A DNA stretch of 64,000 bases, taken from positions 186,001-250,000 of the forward strand of contig CDMY01000295.1 of the NCBI GenBank assembly GCA_001179505.1, in the 5' to 3' direction. Made by a program: the position numbers and the translations under genes. Positions 27,201 through 38,128 of this stretch are shown here, in pieces; position 1 is the stretch's first letter, and every line of letters begins with the position of its first letter. The notes below the pieces were generated by a model, which saw nothing but the letters and a program-made list of their open reading frames with translations, ran no database searches and was not told the DNA's origin. Source of the stretch: Vitrella brassicaformis CCMP3155 (Eukaryota; Protista; Chromerida).

Positions 27201-29821
27201 AAACAAACAAACGACGATGTGTTCCCTACTTCTCTCTCCTCCCTCTGTATGCTGCTCATATATTGCCTGTGTGTGTGTGTGTGTGTGTGTGTCCGTGTGT
27301 GTGTAGGTGTCCCGCCGACGTGCGGCTGGGCGACATGGCACGCAGCCCCGTCCATGGTACGCGCAGCGCACATGATGAGTGTCCAGATGTCATGGCGTCA
27401 TGTCACTCACTGCTGTGTGTGTGTGTGTGTGTGTGTATGTCAGGTGAGGGATCGCTGCGTCACCAGCGTTGGGAGTGGATGACGGCCCACCAGCGGATAG
27501 GGCCATACCAGCGAACACTCAACAGCCACCTGCGCATCGGGGGCGTCTTCCTGGACATCTACATAGAAGGACCTGGTGACACACACACACACACACACAC
27601 TCTCACGGACGGGACGCACCAACACCCGACCTGTCCATGTGTGTTGTGTTTGTGTTGCTGGCTGGCCATCCCCTCATCTCTCAGAGCGCACCGACGAGAC
27701 GGACCTCAGTCTGCTCTGCGACCTCATCCGGCGGTCCAACGCCGTCGCCGCCCACTGCTCCAAAGCCGCCTCAGGCGCGCGCATCAAGTGGCGCAACCTC
27801 AACGCACCCTCCTTCATCCACGAATCGCCCCCACCCACGGCGGCCCTCTTCGTGACGGGAGCAGAGAGCCACCCAGGCAGCACCACCACCACCAGCACGA
27901 GCAGCAGATACGTGGAGGTCGACTCCCCCCTGCCGTCGAGCACCGAGGAGGAGGTCCGCCTGCACCTGCAGGCCTTCAGGCTGCTGCTGACATCCATCCC
28001 GCACAACGAGTTCTGGCGGCGCGTGTTTGAGGTGCCCAGCTTCCCCACGCCATCCTCCCTGCCGTCGCCCGCATCAGAGATGGCGGCGCACGAGCACCAT
28101 CAGCCACCTGCAGATGGGCGAGGGGGCGATGGAGAGGGAGAGGGGCATGAAGGCGACGTGGTCGACGTGGGTGCCGTCCCCCCGATGCCGGCCGGCCAGC
28201 TGTGGGGCATCCTGCTGCACGTCATGGGCCACAGCGGGGTCTACCGGCACGCTTCTACCTTCCACGCCATCGTCAGCCTACTCGAGACGGCCATCGGTGG
28301 CGAGGCGCCAGCAACCGGTGTGTCGCCCTCCCTAGTGCCGCTGGTGCTGCCCGCGCCGAGGTCGCCGGAGATGTTGGGTGGCAAGAGTGAGAGCGACGTT
28401 GACGGCGGGGCGGTCGAGAGTTCATCTGAGGGCGGTGCCACGGCGGATGGCGCAGCAATGGCCACTGGTGGGGGTGTCCGGTTGCTGTCTCCTTCCTTCA
28501 GGAATGCCATCATGATGGACGGGCAGAAGAAGGTGGAGGCCATGAAGGCCTTCTTCGAGCTCATCCGCGCCGCCCCATCGTCCCCCCTCGTCGAGCGGTC
28601 CTTGAAGGTCCTGTCGGCCCTGCTCGACACGCAGCCACGGAGCAGCGCTACGCAGCAGCTGGGGGCGGCATACCTCGGCCGTGGCGGGCTCCTTCCGCTG
28701 CTCGCTGTGCTGCTGCCCTGCCCCAATTTGCGAGACGTCAAGGATGCGATAGCGGCCGACCAGGGGATGAAAGGCGAGCAGCAAGAGGGAGGGGGAGAGA
28801 CGACCACGGAGCAGCAGCTGATCGGCCTGCCCATGATATGCTGGTCCTTCCAGCCAGCAGCACGGTGGATCGCCGCTCGCGTGCTCATCCAGCTGGCTCG
28901 ATCCACCACGAGCCTGCCGAAGGATCTCGTCGACGTCTTCTTCGGCCCGGCGAGCAAGAGGGACGCGCGGCGAGGCGGCCGGCCACCACCACACCCCGAG
29001 CCACGCCCGGCGGCGTCAAGGTGGCTGCTGGAGATCACGACAATTGCTGACGGCAAGGGGAGCGGTGCTGGGGCCGAAGACAGAGAGGATGGCGGTCGAG
29101 TGGTAGATGAGCGGACACGACAGCTGGTGGAGTTCTTCACCTCGCCCGGCACCGACAATGCCGGTGAGTGTCCGAAGGAGACGACGAGATCGATTCATGT
29201 CGTAGGTCTGTGTGCAGATTGGGGCTGGAGCTGGGAGATGCGGCAGATATGGGCTGTATACGTTCAGGTCGACACACCTACAGCACTTCGCATGTCGGTC
29301 GGTGCACATCTTGGTTGTCTGTCTGTCTGCAGGTGGAGCTAGCGTCCATCAGCCCCAGCAAGGCCCCCCCGTCATCCTCCGAGGCGGCAGCCCCGCCGCC
29401 CGACGCCACCCTCCCGCTCCCATGGTCGACCGACAAGCTCAAGAAATACAGACCAATGGTGGAGAAGCGGCTCGAGGAAGAGATGGAGAGGCAGCAGCAC
29501 CAGCCGGCCTTCGACCGCCAGACGCCCCCACAGCTGTCGCCCTCACGCAAGCCCCCGTCCACCCCCTCCTCACCCCACCAGTGGCAGCGGGGACCGGCCA
29601 GACAGCAGGCCCCGAACGCGCCTCTGTGGTCACCAAGCCTGTCGCCGTCCGATGTGCGCCGGAGGGGTGGCGAGGCGCCAGCCCCGCCGATTGCCAGCAT
29701 GTCTTACAGCAGCAGCAGTGAGGGTGTGACGGGGAGGGATGGCGCGGCGAGTGAGGCGGCCATCAGTGTCATCACGCCCTTTTCGCCGCAGAGCGGGTCA
29801 GACAAGGACAAGGGCGAGTAA
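15231..29821 (+). CDS. Giant RME-8/DNAJC13-like protein with four IWN repeats (many exons, spans an N gap)
   Basis: Repeats LIWNEAVRTELRELL..RVNGYFVRLL; GPARFQHVVGGEVCTPTLVWNKTLRHQL..RYPLVDELFVEGFYVR; LLWTPSMHKAL..EYYVHGVYISRF; DMIWDDNTRADLL..LRIGGVFLDIYI. The first four exons splice in frame from ATG 15231. Confidence 0.75.
22217..22516. other. Assembly gap (300 N) inside the RME-8-like gene
   Basis: Run of N. Confidence 1.
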
Positions 29822-30668
29822 GACCAATGACCGCTTTGTGTGTGAATATAACTCAATCAGCTAGTCCATCAGACAGTCTCATGGTCTCATCAGTGGGCAA
29901 ATATGCACTCTCGACCCAAGCAGTGCGCGTGCATTCATTCGATCACGGACACGTACAGCTGTGTGTCTGCCGGACCGACGCGGCAGACACACAACTGTAC
30001 GTGTGAATGAATGAATGAATGAATGCCGGACTGACGTAGTATTCCAAATAGACTGACCGTAGCTAGTAGTTCTTGCTAGTGCCACGTGGGGATCAATGGA
30101 CGTGACGTTGAGACGGACGTAGCTTAGAGGTGATGGATGCGACGGTGTCTGTCTGTGTGTCTGTGCTGTGTGCATGGCTGGCTGGCTGGCTGAATGGGAG
30201 GGAGAAAGGGTGTATAACAGCGAATGAATGTACTGTGGTGTGTATTCTGAGAGGTGTGCGTATTTGTGTGTAGAGTACGCAGGACAGTGAGTTAAGTCGT
30301 GGCTGCTGGTGGACCGACCGACGGACCGATCGCATGGGTGGGTGCGTATTGCGTACGGCCGGCGTATACATAGTGTTCTTTATCAAATCAAAGGGAATAA
30401 ATGAATGGCCCCCGTGTGTTGTGTGCACCTGACGACACTAAGTCAACGACTCCGGGTGGGCGAGGCGAGGTGAATTACTGACTTCTCCATGGCATGGACA
30501 CCTTCATTCACCCGTATATATATACATCAGCAGCAGCATACAGTGCGTCAAGCTGCCCATTCACATGCACGCCGCCCGCCACTAGGCTCTCACCAGCAGC
30601 AGCAAGGCATGCACACACACACAGATCCTATGCATCGTCAGTCACGGCAAAGCAAACCCATGAGTCGT

Positions 30669-33600
30669 TCATTGCAGCCGCCTGAGCTCGAGTTGCAGGC
30701 TGGTGTTGCAGGGCCGTTTGCCCACCTCGACCCACTCCAGCCGATACTCGGTGCTGGAGAGGCCGGACAGGATGTGCTGGGAGGCGAACCTGTGCTTGAA
30801 CTTGTACACAGCACGGGCGATCTGAAGGCGAGGCGGCTCCGCTTGACCCCCTGCATGAGCAACAGACACAGCCAAACAGGCAATGGGCCGCAGGCAACGG
30901 CTTCTTGACTCTCGCTTCGTACCTTGAGCTTGCTGAAAGCAAGCAGCAGGGTCAGCACTTTGCCATGGAGCTCGTCCAGCTGAGAATCGCCAACCAACTC
31001 ACCTGCACAACCCAGAAGCAGGCACACTAAGGAGCTAGTCCTTGACGTTTCGTCTCCTCACCCACCGACCCACCTACCTTCCAAACCGAGCTCCATCAGC
31101 TCGATCTCTGGCAGAGAAGTCCTCGTCTCGGCCTCATCCCACTCTCTGTCCCAGTTGCTAATGACGAGTCTCTCAGCCGTCAAGTTGAGCGCCACGCTGC
31201 GGAGCTTCTTCTCCGGTGCGGCAGCGTGCAAAGCCTTCAAAAAGGCCGAGCAAGAGCCGCCACACTCGACACGCTCCAGTCTGGGCATGTTGACGGCCAC
31301 CTCCACAGCCCTGTCGACCTGCTTGTGTCGGGGGAAGCGTATGGGCAGAATGAGGGTGGTGGCATGGGGGAATGTCGCGGGGGTCACGGGATTGGCATGG
31401 GAGGGGCGGGGCCGCTCATTGAACACCACATTGCGCACCCCTTTGGCGAAGTCGTTCACGAGCTTCTGGACCATCGGGGAGCGGTGCCGGTGGCTCCATG
31501 CGAGCAGCTGAAGGTCGATCTGGCCGTCCTCGCGATTGCCAGATCGAATGCACGGCATGATCGGCTGACTGCGGGCATCAGGATGCATCGCGGCGTCACT
31601 GAAAGAGAGCGGGCAGGAAAGGGCAAAACCGAGAGAGGCCACGTGTCTGTATTGTTGGCCCGGTTCGTCTCTTCTTGTATGTTATCCCTACATGAGCTTT
31701 ACTGCGTTTTCGATCAGCTGCCGCATCTCGGCGGTGTCCTCCAAATACTCCCCTACGTCAAGCGTCATCTCCCGAAGGCTCCTCACACACCCCCGCCGCA
31801 CCAACAGCTGGCGAAACTCGTCCACTCCTGCCGCATCCCACCTCGCGTCAATACCTATGTTATCCTCTATTCTCACACGGCCGACGGACCGCAGGCCCGC
31901 CAGGCCCTGCCCCTCCGGGATCGCTGTCAGCAGCCGCTCGTTGTCTTCGGCGTGGCCGAACGTGTCATACTCGAGCGTCTCCAGCCGACGGCAGTCGCCG
32001 ATCCGCTCCCGAGCCCCATCATACTCATTCTCTTGGGCCCCAAGCCAGCCCTCGAATGTGAGTGTGGTGACATTGGGCGTCACCCACAACCGACCGGCCC
32101 TCCCCCACGCGTGTTGGGCCGGGATGCGGGTGACGGTGGTGAGTGCCGGCAGGTGGACGGGGGCGGAGGGGGGAGGGAGCTGACGCTCGTCATAGTCCAC
32201 GTGCGAGTGTCCTGACATGCCATACTGGACCTCCTCGAATCGGATCTTTTCCAGGGTGGCGTGTGAAGGGGGGCCGGGAGAGGGGCGGGGTAGCGAGTGG
32301 CGATGACGACGCACTGCTGGCCTGTTGCTGCTGGCCGCTCGGATGCCCGTGTGCATGGCCTTCGACTAAAGACACCCATGTCGATACACACCACTGTTCC
32401 TGGGTGGACCGATATGGGTGACGGACCGTCAGCTGCCTGATGTTGCGGGCCCTCTGGCCCCACCGATAGGCCACGTCGCACGGCAGGTTCTCCCACATGC
32501 GCTGGGTCTTCTCGTCGGAGCAGTCGACGGTCAGCTGAGTGTACTGATTGGCAGCATCGATCTCAAAGGTGGAGCCGATGGCCGGCCGCATGCGCGAGAA
32601 CTCCCAGGGGTGGAAGTAGCTCAAGATGCACACGTGGTTGTCGCGCGACAGACGGTGCACAGCCTAAATGAGCAAAAAAGACACACAGAGGGACAGAGCT
32701 TGGCAACCTTCCCATCCCGCTCTGCGTTGTGCATGGATCGCGTACCGGTCCATCGTTTGGCTCGGGGTTGCCGCTTCTGTATATGATGCGATATGGCCGA
32801 ACACAAGACGTCGGCTGCCCATCCTGAAACACCGACATACAACAGAGAGGCCTTTGTATTGGGTCGCCTTGCCTATCTCCACGTGTGCCATCCCACCGAC
32901 CCACCTCTGTGTATGCTGGGGCGGGAAACACGCCGCTGCCGTGCTGATGCTGGTGGTAGTGGCATGTGCCATATGCTCCTGATGGCGCGCTGGTGGCGAG
33001 AGCTGCCGCCGCGGCGCGGTCGAGCGGGATCTTCAGCAGCGAGAGCTGTGTGGTCATGGCCGCGACGTGTGAGGCCATCAAAGTCATCTGCTCACCCACA
33101 TCGCGCGCCGCACGCAATGACGCCTGCACACACACCACACACAAGGCACACGGACGTACCGACGCGTTACTCAAGCGCGCATCTGCTGCTGTGGGGTTCA
33201 CGTCCGATGTGATGTGCGATGACTCCAGCTGCTGGAAGCACGACGGCGCGCTGCCAATCTGAAAACACCCATTGGCAGCATGGCCGGGGAAGAATCATTT
33301 CTCCGTTGGTCAGGCGGTAGATCACCTCTGCTAATATGCCGTTCAGCTGACTAATGCTGCTGTCCAGTGAACGGGCATCGTCCCTCAGCTGAACGACACA
33401 CACACAGACAGACAGGACACAACAAATAAGTGCGGCCGTGTCATGAGAGCCCACCTGTGTTATGACAGTCGCGGCGTCATCGAGGCGGCCAGACTGAAAG
33501 AGGCCCGAGCCCACCTGCAGACAACCAAACCATCCACATGGAATGAGTACTAGGTCATCATTCCTTTCTGTGTGTCCGGCCTACATTGCCCCGAAGCTGC

Positions 33601-33773
33601 TCGAGGGCTCTCCGCACCTGCAGCATGCAGCGCACCAGAGCAAGACCATGAAAGCAGGAGAGCACCCCTTCAAATTTGGTGATGCAGGCCGGCTGTCGGG
33701 TGAAAGCTTCTCGCTTGTGTGTGGGGTCTCTCTGCTGGATGGCATGCATGTCATCCGTGGTGCATCTGCTCAT
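30669..33773 (-). pseudogene. Unnamed family paralog 2 with a +1 frameshift (pseudogene or sequence error)
   Basis: Motifs LSRDNHVCILSYF, MWENLPCDVAYRWGQR, WCVSTWVSLVEGH lie in ORF 32190-32660. TLEKIRF, LPALTT, WVTPNV lie in another frame (ORF 31688-32356). The frames meet around a 6-base homopolymer at 32268-32273. 5' end uncertain. Confidence 0.6.
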
Positions 33774-33946
33774 GAGCGGCCCATCGCCTCACCTGTTCAA
33801 GATCCATTCTGCTGTGGTCCAGAAAGGCCAATGGGAGGGAGGATGCCACGCCGCTCATAAACTAACAACCAGCCGCTCTCGCGCCGGTGAGTGCAGGGTT
33901 TGGTTTACAGGGTTCGATACGTCAAAATTCTCCGGAGAAGCGAAGC

Positions 33947-35404
33947 ATGAAGGTGGAATTGGTGTGCGACCGGCACTATCTGACGACGGCGGACAACAAG
34001 CCGATATGCGAGGTGAAAAGATCTGCATCAATGGATGAACAGAAAGGTCAGATCTGCTTGTTGATGCTGTCGTGTGAACTCACAGGACCGTGCGAGTGTG
34101 TCTGTGTGGGTGTCGAGAGGGGAGAAGGGCGAGAGGACCTGTCTGCACACAATGACCTTTGATCTGTTGATGGTCAGTCGGCCAGGCATTGAACGTCATG
34201 GATTCTCTTCATTGATTCTCTTTTTTTTGTCTGATTCTCCTTCAGGAGCCTGACGACTTGGCGCCTCTGTTCAGCGGCTCCAACTGGTTGTCCACCGTCT
34301 GTTTCATGAACCTGCTGTACTCACACAAACACAGCGATAGAGTCCTCACCCGCAGCTGACGCTCACCCCTCTGTGTACGTGTCGGCGCAGGGCTGGCACA
34401 CGGATATGGCGGTCATCGCTTGTCCTCGCCGAGCACTTGATGCGGAGTGTCCTCCAGCAGGACGTCAGGGGCAGGCGAGTCATCGAACTGGGATGCGGCC
34501 CGTAAGCCGATCGACCATAGAACAGACAGACAGACAGACGGCCATTGCATTGCTGTGCTGGATGTTTGGTTCGTTCAGTGGTGTGCCGGGCATGTTGCTG
34601 GCGCGTTGTGGGGCTGATGTGGTGCTGAGCGATACGGAAGACCTCCAGAGGCTCATCGAACGAAACGCAAGGAGAAACATGACCGGTCGGTCCGTCGGTG
34701 AGCACAACCACTCTGTGTCTGTGAAGCCGACAATCTATCCAATCCTCTTGTGTGTCTGTGTGGTCAGGTGAAGACGCATTGTCGATTGACGGAGAAGACG
34801 ACGGGCGAGGCTCCGTGTGTGTGCATCCCCTGCGCTGGTGAGATGGTCTGTTTGCATGGTTACGTGAATGTGTACGCTCTCACGGACCATCAGCAGGTCC
34901 CGGCAAGCGGCGAAGGAGCTCAAAGACAAAATGGCCAATGACCAGCTCGAATGGATTCCCAGACAGCCAGCAGCTGATGCTGGTGGTGGCTTCGACATGA
35001 TATTGTCTTGTGACTGTGTTTACGAGCCGCTTTATGGCGATAGCTGGCGGGATTTGTCTGAGGCCATTGACGAGCTGGCTGGGCCGCTGACAGAGGTGTG
35101 GATCGCTGTCGAGAGGCGAAACAACGATGGTGAGCAAAGCAAAGGCAAACAGACAGGCAGACAGGCAAACAGACAGACGTGTGTGTTGTGTTGTGTTATG
35201 TCAGGCGTTGATAACTTCATTGCTCGGCTCGAGGAGGGATTCGCTGTGGACCGTGTGTGTGTGGAGGCGGCTGAAGGGCATGCCAGTGGTGATACTGCTG
35301 TCGCTGCTGGTGCTGATGAGTGTACCTTATCATCGTGCGGGGAGAGTGACAGTGCAGTGGTGCTGCTGAAGGCGAAGAAGAGAGAGGCAGGGAGAAGAGG
35401 ATGA
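33947..35404 (+). CDS. Methyltransf_16 / METTL21-like protein methyltransferase
   Basis: Spliced DDLAPLFSGSNW|AGTRIWRSSLVLAEHL, GRRVIELGCGP|GVPGM (SAM motif I), VVLSD, FDMILSCDCVYEP, WIAVERR. Start codon uncertain. Confidence 0.88.
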
Positions 35405-35988
35405 AGGCCAGCCAGTGTGGATATGACGAGATGAACAGACGGACGATGGCCATATCTTATGTGCATATCGACGATCGAATAAGTGCAGCTGCCTGGCCTG
35501 GCTCGATGTGTTTGGCTCTCTCTCTGCGTCCGTTCACGTGTGGTCGGTCGATTGACTCACTCGGTGCCATCCACTGTGGATGCAGTGTGCTTGAGGCATC
35601 ACAGGAGTAGCTGTACACATGCACCCACATGAAGCAAGTCCATGCAGCCGAGCATTGGATGCACCACACACCACACACAGAGAGAGGGAGGTGCATAAAG
35701 AGCACACACACGTATACACAAAGAGGGACAGAGACAGATGCGGCTACTCAGGTGCCTGAGGGGATGAATATCATTGAGTCATCCACGTCGGCCGGCCGGC
35801 CAGCTAGACGCAACGGACGCATCGCATTGGCCACTCTCACGATGGCACTCATCGCGAGCTACACACAGTGTGGACTATATCGACACATAAGTGAGTGGGT
35901 GGGTCGATATCTACCCCCTCAAACATGCTTGAGGCACTGGGCTCTCTCCCTGGCCCCTGGCTCTCATCTACAGTGCGGTCATGGCCCC

Positions 35989-37864
35989 CTATCTGCCCTC
36001 CATCAGCGACGCCGCCGCGCTCAGCCACAGCCAACTGTACGGCACCTGCAACCATACACACGCACACAGAGACACACACATAGACACAGACATACACACA
36101 ACAGGAGGGAAGGGGTGAACATCACAATTCACCGCTTGTTCTAATTTGTAGACCTCCAAATCCGCACACGTGAACCATGGACTGGCCGCCAATGTGACGT
36201 CCCGCCAATGTGGCCCGTCGAAGCTACCCACATACGTCTTGTCGGCCGGCAGGTCACCCCTCGTCAGCCACTGGCAGCAGCGGCGAAGATCGCCAGCTGT
36301 CCCACGCCTCTCGACCCCCACCCACAGCCGACCGCCACCGATGGACACCTTGCCTAAGCGCCTGTCGCCAACAGCCCTCACCGCCTCCTGAGCGCCGGCG
36401 ACCACCACACGCTGGTTGTGGTGGGGCACGGTGATCTTGGTGATGCCCTCCTCCTTGAACGCACCGCTGATGGAGTAGAAGGCCACGGGGCAGCCGGTGG
36501 TCAGCACTGATGTGGGGTCAGTGGGTGGGATGAGGGGCCCCTCCAAGTGGCATGCGAAGCGGTTGTGGTGTTTGTCGTCCTCGATGACGAACAGCAGGCC
36601 GCCCTGCGCACCCGCCACACCATCCATCATCGCCTCAAACTCATCGCCGTCGTGTGAAGCCCTGACGGACAAGAGAAACACACACAAAAGAGACCATCAC
36701 CTTCCCGCCGCCCATCCGCTGTGCGTGGTCTTCCCGACTCACTTGAAGAGGCATTTGATGTGGCTGTGGGGTTTGCCGATCATCGAGAGGTACACCCGCT
36801 CCATGAGGCCGTACATCTCACACGCATACAGCAGCTCGCCAGGCGATGTGCTCATCGGCAACGGCGGCACAAATCCAAGGTGAACAAGTCTGTGTGTCCG
36901 TGATACTCATACAAATACAGTCCCATCAGCACGCAGAGTCAAACAGGCTCAAGGGGAGGAGGGATCAATCCCCGCCCATCGGCAACGGCGTGACGGCACC
37001 GGGGGCCAACCGAATGCGGCGAAGGTAATCCACCACCCTGCAGACCACAGCACCACACATAAGTGCCAGGCTGCCATCTGGCTGTGGTCGTGTTACTTGT
37101 GGAAGTCGGCTGCAGACACATCGACGACAGGCCCTCTGTACCTGCACACGGACAAAATGGGTCCGAGGTGAGGTGCATCGACCATGTGACTTCTGCTTTG
37201 CTTGCGTCCCTTCCCACTTGGTGAATCGGTCGTAGAGTATGTTGTAGTCGGCCAGCGTGGCGTCGGTGGTAGCCACCACACTGCCATCATCCACAGTCAC
37301 GCTGAGGACCTCCCTGCCGCCCGTGCCGCCCGCCGATGTGTCGATGAAGGGGCCCATGACGGCCATGAAGCCGCGGAAGGCCTCACTGTTCTCATCGCCG
37401 GGCTGGGCGTCGATGCTCAGGTCGGTGTGGGCCATGAAGCGGTCGTGGTAGAAGGCCAACGAGGGGCAGCCGTCAGTGATCTCCGTCACGGCGATGCGGA
37501 CGTCTTGGAGGTAACGCAGCTTCACAGCCAACCTGACACCGCAGACACACACAGAGATGGGAGAACCAACCGTGAGCAGCGGTGCTTGCTTCCCTCCCCT
37601 CCCCTCTCACCAGGTGAAGGAGAATGGGTCTGCGTCGATGAAGTGAATGCCGTCGGCATCTCTAATCATCCAGCTATCGAAACGGTTCAGCAGCACCGCC
37701 AGGCAGGTGTCCTCGAGGCCATCCCGACGCAGCACATCACGCGGGAACGCCATGAGTGTGCCGCCCACGTTGAGCAGCAGCGGCCGGCTGCTAATCTTGT
37801 CTGCAGCTGCTGGCTTGCTGCTGGCGTCTGCCGTGTCCTTGCTGATGGACGACGAGGTCTTCAT
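35989..37864 (-). CDS. BTB/POZ (KCTD-type) plus TLDc-like domain protein; interrupted by a 124-nt direct-repeat-flanked insert
   Basis: LLLNVGG..MAFPRDVL..TCLAVLL..FIDADPFSF (BTB). Second BTB-like block VVATTDATL..VVDYLRR..ACEMYGL. LFK|ASHDG..F...EVYKL (TLDc-like). Confidence 0.72.
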
Positions 37865-38128
37865 GGCTGATGCGGCGCTGACGTGGCGAGAGAGAGGCTG
37901 CGGCCAGAGATGGAATGAGTGCTGATGGTTGCAATCGACAGCTACAGGTCCAGGCACCTCTCTCGCAGCCAGATCAGCCGTCGACACGCTACACAAAACC
38001 ACTGAGCAGACGCGAAGCTCCAATGCGAGCTTGAAGGCAACCTTTGAAAAAAAAAGCGTCCATCTGTCCCTGGCTGCCTCGCTGCGTTGCTGTGTGATCC
38101 CCACTCGAGTCAGATCCACCGTCGCATC

